A stretch of 63,946 bases of DNA from NCBI RefSeq assembly GCF_026571515.1, contig NW_026858094.1:496001-559946 (forward strand), in the 5' to 3' direction. The notes below the pieces were generated by a model. It did not search any database. It was given only the letters and a program-made list of their open reading frames with translations, and was not told the DNA's origin. Source of the stretch: Ruditapes philippinarum (Eukaryota). The position numbers and the translations under genes were made by a program. Position 1 is the first letter of the stretch. Each line of letters opens with the position of its first letter. Of the stretch, positions 30,466 through 43,250 are shown one piece after another.

Positions 30466-33457
30466 ATACTTTACTGGTCTCAACCCTTACCTGGGACACA
30501 GATTTTTGTGACATCATGCTCTGCCTACTGAGCTAAACAGAGATTGAGACTTTACTTGCCTTATGCTCTGCCTACTGCTATCCCTGGATGGAAACTCTAC
30601 TGTACTCATGCTCTGCCTACTACTATCCCGGGATGAAGACTTTACTGGTCTCATGCTCTGCCTACTGCTATCCCGGGATGGACACTTTATTGGTTTCATG
30701 CTCTGCCTACTGGTATCCCGGGATGGAGACTTTACTGGCCTAATGCTCTGCGTACTGCTATCCCGGGATGGAGACTTTACTGCCCCAATGCTCTGCATAC
30801 TGTTTTCCCGAGATGGAGACTTTACCTGGGACACAGATTTTTGTGACATCATGCTCTGCCTACTGAGCTAAACAGAGATTGAGACTTTACTTGCCTTATG
30901 CTCTGCCTACTGCTATCCCTGGATGGAAACTCTACTGTACTCATGCTCTGCCTACTGCTATGCCGGGATGGAGACTTTACTGGTCTCATGCTCTGCATAC
31001 TGCTATCCCAGGATGGAGACTTTACTGGCCTCATGCTCTGCATACTGCTACCCCGGGATGGAGACTTTACTGGCCTCATGCTCTGCATACTGCTATCCTG
31101 GAATGGTAACTTTACTGGTCTCATGCTCTGCCTACTACTCTCCCGGGATGGAGACTTTACTGGTCTCATGCTCTGCCTACTGCTATCTCGGGATGGAGAC
31201 TTAACTTGCCTCATGCTCTGCCTACTGCTATCCCGGGATGGAGACTTTACTGGTCTCATGCTCTGCATACTTCTATCCCGGAATGGAGAATTTACTGGTC
31301 TCATGCTCTGCCTACTACTATCCCGGGATGAAGACTTTACTGGTCTCATGCTCTGCCTACTGCTTTCCCGGGATGGAGACTTTACTGGTCTCATGCTATG
31401 CCTACTGCTATCCCGGGATGGAGACTTTCCTGGTCTCATGCTCTGCCTACTGCTATCCCGGGATGGAAACGTAACTTGCCTCATGCTCTGCCTACTGCTA
31501 TCCCGGGATGGAGACTTTACTGGTCTCATGCTCTGCCAACTGCTATCCCGGGATGGAGACTTTACTGACCTCATGCTTTGCATACTGCTATCCCGGAATG
31601 GAGACTTTACTGTTCTCATGCTCTGCCTACTACTATCCCGGGATGGAGACTATACTCGATTCATTCTCTGCCTACTGCTATCCCGGATGGAGACTTAACT
31701 GGTCTCATGCTCTGCCTACTGCTACCCCGAGATGGAGACTTTACTGGCTTCATGCTCTGCCTACTGCTTTCCCGGGATGGAGACTTTACTGGCCTCATGC
31801 TCTGCCTACTGCTATCCCCGGATGGAAACTTGACTTGCCTCATGCTATGCCTACTGCTATCCTGGGATGGAGACTTTGCAGGTCTCATGCTCTACATACT
31901 GCTATCCCGGGATGGAGACTTTACTGGCTTCATGCTCTGCCTACTGCTATCCCGGGATGAAGACTTTACTGGTCTCATGCACTGCCTACTACTATCCCGG
32001 GATGGAGACTTTACTGGTCTCATGCTCTGCCTACTGCTATCCCTGGATGGAGACTTTACTGGTCTCATTCTCTGATTACTACTATCCCGGGATGGAAAAT
32101 GTACTGGTCTCATGCTCTGCCTACTGCTATCCCGGGAAGGAGACTTTACTGGTCTCTTGCTCTGCCTACTGCTATCCAGGGATGGAGACTTTACTGGCCT
32201 CATGATCTGCATACTGCTATCCCGGAATGGAGACTTTACTTTACTGGTCTCATCATCTGCATACTGCTATCTGGGATGGAGACTTTACTGGCCTCATGAT
32301 CTGCATACTGCTATCCCGGAATGGAAACTTTACTGGTCTCATGCTCTGCCTACTGCTATCCCGGGATGGAGACTTTACTGGTCTCATGCTATGCCTACTG
32401 CTATCCCGGGATGGAGACTTTACTGGTCTCATGCTCTGCCTACTGCTATCCCGGGATGGAGACTTTAGTTGTCTCATGCTCTGCCTACTGCTATCCCGGG
32501 ATGGAAACTGCTTAACTGCCTACTTGCCTCATGCTCTGCCTACTGCTATCCCGGTATGGAGACTTTACTGGTCTCATGCTCTGCCAACTGGTATCCCGGG
32601 ATGGAGACTTTTCTGACCTCATGCTCTGCATACTGCTATCCCGGAATGGAGACTTTACTGGTCTCATGCTCTGCCTACTACTATCCCGGGATGGAGACTA
32701 TACTGGATTCATTCTCTGCCTACTGCTATCCCGGGATGGAGACTTTACAGGTCTCATGCTCTGCATACTGCTATCCCGGGATGGAGACTTTACTAGCTTC
32801 ATGCTCTGCCTACTGCTATCCCGGGATGAAGACTTTACTGGTCTCATGCACTGCCTACTACTATCCCGGGATGGAGACTTTACTGGTCCATGCTCTGCCT
32901 ACTGCTATCCCGGGATGGAGACTTTACTGGTCTCATGCTCTGCCTACTACTATCCCGGGATGGAGACTTTACTGGTCTCATGCTCTGCCTACTGCTATCC
33001 CGGGATGGAGACTTTACTGGTCTCATGCTCTGCCTACTGCTATCCAGGGATGGAGACTTTACTGGCTTCATGCTCTGCCTACTGCTATCCGGAATGGAGA
33101 CTTTACTGGTCTCATGCTCTGCCTACTGCTATCCCGGGATGGAGACTTTACTGGTCGCATGCTCTGCCTACTGCTATCCTGGGATGGAGACTTTACTGGC
33201 CTCATGATCTGCATACTGCTATCCCGGAATGGAGACTTTACTGGTCTCATGTTTTGCCCACTGCTATCCCGGGATGGAGACTTTACTGGTCTCATGCTCT
33301 GCCTACTGCTATCCCGGGATGGAGACTTTACTGGCTTCATGCTCTGCCTACTGCTATCCCGGGATGGAGGCTTTACTTGGCTTATGCTATGCCTACTGCT
33401 ATCCTTTGATGGAGTCTTTACTGGTCTCATGCTCTGCCTACTGCTATCCCGGGGTGG
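30466..33457. repeat. 45-bp minisatellite array 1 (~66 units)
   Basis: Consensus TCATGCTCTGCCTACTGCTATCCCGGGATGGAGACTTTACTGGTC. Occasional 44-bp units. Confidence 0.97.
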
Positions 33458-33768
33458 ATCATTGATATAAAAACTTTTTATTTTCTAATTTGACCTCTTA
33501 AAATCTTTAATAGTGGTTAGATAAAACATTACATTGATTTTTCACATAGAGTATCTATCAATATTTATAACATCTTTTTTGATAAAGATGCGCCTATGAC
33601 CATAAATTACTGTGTTCTTATGGAAGATATCAGTTCACTCGTTCACTAAGTTTGTGGCCTTTACACCAATCAACACATGTTTTCATAGAACATACGAGTT
33701 TTTATCTATTTGTAGATATAAAATTTGGTTTAATAGTGTTAGTCCTATACACAACCTGGCATACTAAG

Positions 33769-35059
33769 ATGATTTCGGAAATTTTAACACTGGAGAAAGT
33801 TATACAGGTAATTGTGTCTTTTTAAAATTTTCTTGAAATGTGATATTTGTGTTATTGTTGCAAATCTGGTGAAGTTCCTATATAACGCATTTTTGAAAAT
33901 CTTTACTGTAAATTACATATATGTTTATGATCAAGAAAATGTAAGCTGATGCATCCTCATGTGGAAAAATGTATTTTTGTTTGAAATGTATTTGATCATA
34001 TAAATTTGGCCGTCTGTCTGTCTTAATAATTTATGGAAGACTTTTCTAAGAATAACAATGAATTATTTCAAATTATGTAATTAACAAATGTAGATATTAT
34101 GTTTTATGTCATTGGGCAATTTTAATTTAAGAGAAATTTAACCTAGAGAAACATATATTTGTAAACGGATTAAAGAAATCCCAAATAAAAAGAATATCGA
34201 CATGTCTTTTGTATTAAGTTTCAATAGCTTCTGTATATCGGTTTTTCGATATACCAAGTAGAATTTGAATTTATATAACGGCAATTTTGCACAATAAGAT
34301 ATTATCAATTCTATTGGTTTATATGTGTTGATAACGCTGAACTCTTACTAAAATGTAGTTCACCAGTATTAAATCCAGATGTAACCCTTACGTATATTAC
34401 AGGCTTTCGACAAGGTGAAGGCTGAATTCGAATTCGATAAAGGAAGATTAGCTGTCATAACCACAGATAGATATGAAGCTACGTACAATATCATGGGTTA
34501 TCATTTTACCCCTGACGAACCTCTCAGTAAAGCATTTGGTGTGACATGGGTAGAAGACTTAGAAGATTTGGTGAATGGTAAACTGAAACAGAACGTATCG
34601 ATTTGCATGGTATCTAGGGACACAGATGAAGTGATTGGGGTACGTGTAATGTCTACCATGAGGAGGACGGACCCGCCTCTTGACTTGTCATCAATGAAAT
34701 ATGAATCATTACGAGATCTGTTCGAGTTTGTGCACCAAAAAGACAATGAAGTACAGTTTTTTGATAGGTACAGTGTTGATGAGGCTGTACATTTTAATAC
34801 TTTAGGTGTTCATAAAAACTTCCGTCGGATGGGACTTGGAGGTCGACTGATTGGAGCAGCTGTTGCTTTAAGCAGGGAGTTAGGTTTCAAAGCAATCACT
34901 GGTGAAGGAACCTCTAACTTCTCACAGAGGATATATGAGAAAGAAGGATTTGAAACTCTTGCTATATTACCATACGACACTTACATGTATAAAGGACAAC
35001 CAATCATAAACGCAACTGGCGAGCATAAGATGACAAAAATATATGGTTTAAGGTTATAA
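33769..35059 (+). CDS. AANAT-like GNAT, copy 2, 231 aa
   Basis: Exons 33769-33807 and 34403-35059. Intact frame and splice sites, same motifs as copy 1. Confidence 0.87.
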
Positions 35060-35887
35060 AACATGCAATTGATTCAAAGCATTAAGATTTGTATACGAGA
35101 ATAAAAAAAATTATAAGAACAAGCACACACTTTCGGAACGAAGTCTCCTCAGAAAGAACTGGTGCAATTTCACCAAAACTTTACAGAAATGATCAGTACA
35201 ATGTCTTGCTGTGCATCTCATCAATATTTTTCGATTTAATGATTTTTCAGAGTTATAGCCCTTTAATGACTTTAATTTTTAAAATTATTTCTTATACCAC
35301 TGATGCAATTTCAATGAAACTTAACACGATTAATCGTTAGCTCAAGTACTCGAGCATATTGCATTGGTTTTCCAGTTGAAGGATTTTAAGTCGAGTTATG
35401 GCCCTTGAATAAAAAATCATGTTTTTTGTCTGTTAATGACAATTTGTGTCTCCTAGCTGCAACACGGTAGCTGCCACGTGCAATTGACTATCATGAGTCG
35501 ACTATGTGATCACTGAGTGCCCTTGTTTCTTACAGCAAGTTATTTACAAAATAATTTGTAAGGAGTATTTAGTTATTTAGTTATTGTAGCCAGTGTGGTT
35601 TCATTATAACATGAAAACAAGTAACGAATTTAAATTATTGTTGGGTTTATTGTAATAAAAAAACGAAATATATGGTTGTATGCTGAAATTTTTAATTAAG
35701 TTTGTAAATAAAATGATAACATATATATTAATGTGTACTAAACGAGACAAGTGATATCAATTTGTCAAATATATAGAGGATATTCATGTTTTCTCTTTAA
35801 ATACAGTATTTATTTTCATCGAGTGGTATGGAATATATCAATACTGCATGAGTGACTCATACCACAAGATGAAAATAAATCTACTTA

Positions 35888-36634
35888 GGCCGTGTCTACA
35901 CCTATTCAAGTTTCTTACATGTCACATTTAGATAAGCTAAATAAATGGCCCTTTCAACATTTTTTCAGGCACAGTTTTTACTGAAATGTCTCATTAAAAA
36001 TAAAAATAGCCCAGAATTTATACCTTTGTCTTTGCAAGACTATCATAATTCTGTAAAATATGTGAAAAAAGCGGGAAAATGATGCAATTAGCTAAAATAG
36101 AATGGAGTAAATGAAATGCGTTCATTCTTTTTTTAAATTGAAAAATGTGACAAAAAATTATTTTGATGCAAATTTTTTATTCGATGAAAGTTATTCACTA
36201 AATGAACAAGATCATTTTAAATCCAATTTGACTCTACTTGAAAAAGAGCTTCTTTTTCATTTTTAGTATTTTTTTTTTTTGCTCTTCTTTGTGTCAGCGT
36301 ATTGATTTGTTCATTTTACCAAGACATTGTAATCAGTTACTGAAATTCAAAGGGCATGTACACTGAATCAACAACAAAAAGTCAGAAAATAATAAAAATC
36401 AAAAGCACTATCAAACCTTCGGGCACATGTTTTGTGTCAAACTGGTGTTATCAGTGTCTTGACAGCCAAAAACTTGTAGAAAAATAGAACATGTTCTAAC
36501 TTTCTTGCAAGGAATTATCTTCTTGGATGTCACATAATTTCTCTTTAAAACTCATTCAAGTAGGGTGTCTACACTATCCAATACAGGAGAATATGATACT
36601 TGCATTCAAGACTTGGATAGGTGTAGACGGACCC
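35888..36634. mobile_element. 747-bp PIF/Harbinger-type (Tourist-like) non-autonomous element
   Basis: Imperfect TIRs GGCCGTGTCTACACCTATTCAAGT / ACTTGGATAGGTGTAGACGGACCC. TTA TSD at 35885-35887 and 36635-36637. Absent at the paralogous site in unit 3 (~42840). Confidence 0.82.
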
Positions 36635-37545
36635 TTATTTAAAGAAAAAACACTTTCATTTTCTGTTTCGGCATAACAATTTATTTCGTATTAAATTTAA
36701 ATGTAGTCCGGCAAGAGATCAGTGAAAATACGTTTCACCACAGTGGAAAATTAGGTTTTGCAGTAAAAGAAACACGGAAAATAGAAATACTCATTTGATT
36801 TCAACAATATTTCATTTATATGTCTATAATACGTATTTGACATTTTCTGTGTAGCAAAGATTAAAAAACAAAACAAGAGAGGACACTCATGAGCTTTATA
36901 GTTTTCTACCCAATCCCAAAATGTACTATGTAAATATTGTTCACTTCTTTTTTTTGTTGAATATGATGAATAAATATGTTTAAAACCAAAACAAACAAAA
37001 AACAAAAACAACAACAACAACAAAAACAACAACAACAAAAAAAAACAACAACAATTATTCGTACATTGATATAATATTTCAATATGGACAGTCTGAAACT
37101 ATTTTTAATATAAAACGTTTATGCGCGTGTAATTCGATCTAAAATTATTTTAGGTTCTTACTATTTTGTATAAAAACATACCCTAATACCTAGATTTATC
37201 ATAATATCAGCCGTTTCTATGTTATTGGTATTGTTATCTGAAATTCACAATGAGAATCCTCTTTAGAAGCATATTGGGCGGGAGAAAACAACAACCCAAG
37301 AGTTAAAATGCCAAAAGATCACATGGAACATTAAATTGAGGGGGTGAATAATTTGTTACATATGCCGTTACAAGCTATTTTAGCAAAAGAAAACAACAAT
37401 ATCAAAAGATCACTTGAAACATTAAATTTAGGGGTAAAGGTGTATATACATATGGTCAGTTTAAATAGGACGATTCCAGTACTGAGCATACTGGAAACAG
37501 TGTCTTCACGCAAACAGGCATTAATCAAACATTGGTAAACAGAAA

Positions 37546-37714
37546 TGAGCCGTGTCATGACAAAACCAACATAATGGGTTTGCGACCAGCATAGATCAAG
37601 ACAAGCCTGCGCATCCGCGCAGTCTGATCAGGATCCATCCTGTTCACTATCAGTTTCTCTACTTGTAATAGACTTGGTAAGCGAACAGCATGGATCCTGA
37701 TCAGACTGCGCGGA
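37546..37714. mobile_element. 237-bp-family MITE, copy 2 (right arm truncated)
   Basis: Matches 17682-17850, then breaks off. Confidence 0.88.
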
Positions 37715-38884
37715 AGAAAAGTTAAAAACAAATAACAAATATAAGTATGACGAAAAGCAAAGGTTCATGTTTAATTAGTTATCGAAACCGTCTCATCAAA
37801 AGTTTTACTTACTACTAGTATCTTACTTTCTAAATTTTACTTACTTTCTAAATGCATTAAGCTGTAACTGCCTATAAGCAGTCAGTCTGATAAAAATATC
37901 AAATACGCATTTTTCCCAACTGCCACCTTTTAAGACTAAAACAACGAACGAGTGCTGGTGGTTTACCGAAACCTGCCAAACTGCATATTTTGTATAATAT
38001 AATTTGTAAATATGTTTGTGCTATCGCCAATCAATGCAATTAAACACAGGATAAGGCATAAACAAAACAAAACAAAAAACGAAGAAAAACCATAATTATG
38101 TAATTGACACTAAATTTCTAAACTATCTTTTATCTCAGACTCAGAATCTCTCCACTAGAAAATACTTCAGTCAAATATCTTAGCTTATAATGCCTTGCAC
38201 CTTAAAAGATTTTTAAAGATCCCACTTTTTAGATTCTATTTTTCAGCTTCTATGACAAGAAAAGACCCACTATGTAGAAACGGAATCATGCATCAGTTAT
38301 AGTAACACTACTCAATATGAATGAGTTTCCGATCACTTTTAAAATGATAAAATTCATCATGGGTGTATTATTTTATTAGTGATCACATAAAGTCGATGTG
38401 TCTACACCGTGATACCGATTTGAACAATTTTTCTGCAAGGAACGTTTCTGTAATTTCATCAAATATTACCTTGTAGTTTCAGAAATGTCATTTAAATGAG
38501 TTGAGGACAATGAACGAACAGCCATTATGATCAAAGACGATCCTGCTCTAAGAAGATCCTGCTGTTCTTTAGTTGAAAGAAGCATGGAACTTATACATTT
38601 TTGAATAATAAATACATCTACATTGTTACTTTGAAGGAAATAAAATTATGACCAGTTTAAGTCATGAACTTAAATGCCCTAACAGCTGTTTTTCTGCAAG
38701 TTACTGTCCAAATTTTAAATAAGGTATAACATCACTTTAACCGTTTTGGTTCGCGCCAAAGTTTCAAAATGACCAGTATAAAGTGTTGAAGAACAACATT
38801 TAAGACATATTGTTGCAAAAAATCCAACAAAAACACGGAAATCAAAACTTTCATGACGTGTACTATGTACTGAGCTAATTAGTG

Positions 38885-39718
38885 ATGAATACTTAACTGG
38901 TCTCAACCCTTACCAAGGAGAAAGATTTTTGGGGCCTAATGCTCTGCCTACTCCTATCCCGGGATGGAAACTTAACTGGTCTCATGCTATGCATACTGCT
39001 ATCCCAGGATGGAGACTTTACTGGTCTCATGCTCTGCCTACTGCTTTCACGGGATGGAAACTTTACTGGTCTCATGCTCTGTCTACTGCTATCCCGGGAT
39101 GGAGACTTTATTGGTCTCATGCTCTGCCTACTGCTATCCCGGGATGGAGACTTTACTGTTCTAATGCTTTGCATACTGCTATTTCGGGGATGGAGACTAC
39201 CCTGGTCTCATGCTCTGTATACTGCTATCCGGGGTGAAGACTTTACTGGTCTTATGCTCTGCCTATTGTGCTAACCAGGGATGAAGACTTTCCTGATATC
39301 ATGCTCTGTCTACTTGGCTAACACTGGATGGAGACTTTACTGGTCTCATGCTCTGCCTACTGCTATCCCGGGATGGAGACTTTACTGGTTTCATGCTCTA
39401 TTGCTATCCCGGGATGGAGACTTTATTGGTCTCATGCTCTGCCTACTGCTATTCCGGAATGGAGACTTTACTGGTATCATGCTCTGCATACTGCTTTCCT
39501 GGGATGAAGACTTTACTGGTCTCACGCTCTGCATACTGCTATCCCGGGATGGAGACTTTACTGGTTTCATGCTCTATTGCTATCCCGGGATGGAGACTTT
39601 ACTGGCTCATGCTCTGCATACTGCTATCCTGGGATGGAGACTTTTCTGGTCTCGCGCTCTGCATTCTGCTATCCCGGGATGGAGACTTAAATGGTCTCAT
39701 GCTCTGCCTATTGTGCTA
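38885..39718. repeat. 45-bp minisatellite array 2 (~18 units)
   Basis: Same consensus as array 1, with a few GTGCTAACCAGGG-type units. Confidence 0.95.
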
Positions 39719-40618
39719 AAAGTGTGAAATTATAGTTTCACAATTTTTACTGTGAAATTATAATATATAATTTTCACGGTTTATTCTTTATGATTGATAA
39801 CAAACAAAAGTCAGATACATTTACAAAAATAAAAAAAAAAACAAAAAAAAACTATGCTTGAGTTTTGAGTCTCATAAACACAAATATGAAGGTGTCAGTT
39901 TTTTACGTGATATAACTTGTATCAAAAGCCTTAACGAGATATTTTTTACTTCTCAAGTGTGTGTATTTTGGCCCATCTTTTGCATGCAGCTTTAAGTTTG
40001 ATGCTTAATCTGACAAAATAATTTAATACAATTTGACCGCGAATGACCGTGACAAGCCGCATCAATTACATAACATTTATTTCCATTATTTCTTTACCTT
40101 TTATTAACTGAAATTGAATGATATCATATCACTTGTGAATATGGAAATGTAAAGATATAACAATCAAATATATGTTACATTTCTATTTGTTGTTGCCTTT
40201 TATATCTATTCAGTTTTGTCACATGTTAGTTTGTTCGTTTTGATAAAACATTGCTTATTAATACATGTAGTTAGGCCTATTATATTTTAATACCTGATGC
40301 CCTTGCATCGATGTAAACATAGGTATCATTGATACCGGTATAAAAACTTTTTATCATTTAATTTGACCTCTTAAAATCTTTAATAGTGGTTAAATAAAAA
40401 ATTACATTGATGATTCACATAGAGTATCTCTCAATATTTTATAACATCTATTTGATAAAGATGCACCCATGAGTATAAATTACTGTGTTCTTATGGAAGA
40501 TATCATATCACTCGTTCGCCAAGTTCATGGCCTTTACACGTACGAGTTTTTATCTATCTGTAGATATAATATTTGGTTTTATAGTGTTACAGTACTGTAC
40601 ACAACATGTCATACTAAG

Positions 40619-42010
40619 ATGATTTCGGAAATTTTAACACTGGAGAAAGTTATTCAGGTAATTGTGTCTTTTTTCAATTTTCTTGAAATGTGATAATTGT
40701 GTCACTGTTGCAAATCTGGTGAAAATCCTATATAACGCATTTTTGTTAAGAAAATATTTCCTGTAAATTGCATTTATGTTTATTATCAAGAAAATGTAAG
40801 CTGATTCATCCTCAACGAAATTTATATATGTGGAAAATGTTTTTTTGTTTAAAATGTAGATCTATTTGATCATTTGACAAGAATATGTGTGTTGGTAATA
40901 TGTATGACAAAAAGATGTACTGTTTACGGCACTGTCTGTCTGACTTAATTATTTATGCAAGGCTTTTCCAAGAATAGCAATGAATTATTTCAAATTATGT
41001 AATTAACAAATGCAGATATTATAATATATGTCATTGGGCAATTTTAAGGAAAATTTAACTTTGAGAAACATTATTATATTTGTAAACGGATTAAAGAAAT
41101 AGCAAAAAAATGATATGTCATGCCTTTGCTCATTATTATTTTATGTATTAAGTTTCAATAGCTTTTAAAAGATCAGTTTTCAATTTTCGATATACCAAGT
41201 AGAATTTGAATTTTTATAGCGGCAATTCTGTACAATAAGTTTTCATCAATTCCATTCATTTATATGTGTTGATAACGTTGAACCCTTACTAAAATATAGC
41301 TCAACAGTATTAAATCCAGATGTAACCCTTATATATAATTACGTGTATTATAGGCTTTCGACAAGGTGAAGGCCGAATTCGAATTCAATAAAGGAAGATT
41401 AGCTGTTATAACAACAGATAGGTATGAAGCTACGTACAATATCATGGGTTATCATTTTACCCCTGACGAACCTCTCAGTAAGGCGTTTGGTGTGACATGG
41501 GTAGAAGACTTTGAAGATTTGGTGTACGGTATACTGAAACAGAACATATCTATTTGCATGATATCTAGGGACACAGATGAAGTGATGGGGGTACGTGTAA
41601 TGTCGACCATGAGGAGGTCAGACCCGCCGCTTGACTTATCGTCAATGAAATATGAATCATTACGAGATCTTTCAAAGTTTTTGCACCAAAAAGACAATGA
41701 AGTAAAATTTTTTGACAGGTACAGTGTTGATGAAGCTGTACATTTTAATACTTTAGGTGTTCATAAAAACTTCCGTCGGATCGGACTTGGAGGTCGACTG
41801 ATTGGAGCGGCTGTGGCTTTAAGCAGGGAGTTAGGTTTCAAAGCAATCACTGGTGAAGGAACCTCTAACTTCTCTCAGAGGATATATGAGAAAGAAGGAT
41901 TTGAAACTCTTGCTATCTTATCATATGACACTTACATGTATAAAGGACAACCCATCATAAACGCAACTGGTGAACACAAGATGACAAAAATTTATGGTTT
42001 AAAGTTATAA
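40619..42010 (+). CDS. AANAT-like GNAT, copy 3, 231 aa
   Basis: Exons 40619-40657 and 41354-42010. Intact frame and splice sites. Confidence 0.87.
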
Positions 42011-43215
42011 AACATGCAATCGATTCAATGCATTAAGACTTGTATATATACGAAAATAAAACATAAGAACAAGCACAAAGTTTCGGAACAAAGTCTCCTC
42101 AGAAACAGTTGGTGCAATTTCACCAAAACTTTACAGTGATGATCAGTACAATGTCTTGTTGTGCATCTCATCAATATTTTTCGATTTAATGTTTTTTCAG
42201 AGTTATGGCCCTTGAATGATTTTAATTTTTAAAATTTGTCCGTATTACTCCTCTTATGCCACTGATGCAATTTCAATGAATCTTTACACGGTTGATCGGT
42301 AGCTCAAGTACTCGAGCATATTGCATTGGTTTTCCGGTTGAAGGATTTTTAGCCGAGTTATGGCATTTGAATAAAAACATGTTTTGTCTGTTAATGACTA
42401 TTTGTGTCTCCTGCTACACAGTAGCTGTCACATGCAATTGGCTATCATGAGGCGACTATGTGATCACTGAGTGCCCTTGTTTCTTAACAGTAGGTTATTT
42501 ACAAAATATTTTGTAAGGGGTATTTAGTTATTGTATCCTGAGTGGTTTCATAATAACATGAAAACAAGTAACGAATTTAAATTATTGTTGAGTTTTGTTG
42601 TAATAAAAAAAAAACGAAAATCTATGGTTGTATGCTGAAATTTTTAAATAAGTTTATAAATAAAATGACTGCATATATATTATTGTGTACTTAAAGAGAC
42701 AAGTGATTTCAATTTGTCAAATATATAGAGGATATTCATGTTTTCTCTTTAAATACAGGATTTATTTTTATCGAGTGGTATGGAAATATATAAATATTTC
42801 ATGAGTGACCAATACCTCAAGATGAAAATAAATCCTTTACTTATTTAAAAAACTTTAATTTTCTGTTTTGGCATAACAATTAATTTCTTTAAAATTGTGT
42901 GTACCAAATGTAGTCCTGCAAGAGATCAGTGAAAATACGTTTCACTACAGTGGAAAATAAAGTTTTACAGTGAAAAAAAAAACGGAAAATAGAAATACGC
43001 ATTTTATTTCACCAAAATTTCATTTATATGTCTATAATACGTATTTGATATTTTCTGCATAGCAAAGATTAAAAAACAAAACAAGAGAGGACACTCATGA
43101 GCTTTATAGCTTTCTACCCAATCCCAAAATGTACTTTGTAAATATTGTTCACTTGTTAAATGTTTTGTTGAATATGTTGAATAAATATGTTTAAACCAAA
43201 ACAAAAGTACAACAT

Positions 43216-43250
<35 letters not shown>

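Noticed and set aside
30514-33470. Long ORFs in the 45-bp array, including an SR/protamine-like (SPSRDSSRQSMRPVK)n on the minus strand
   Set aside because: The unit is a stop-free multiple of 3 in four frames. 44-bp units shift the frame repeatedly and the homologous array 3 has a 47-bp unit. No splice or start context. Only transcript or peptide evidence would revive it.
23887-41697. Three similar 81-aa antisense ORFs (MSFWC..)
   Set aside because: Shadows of the conserved AANAT exon.
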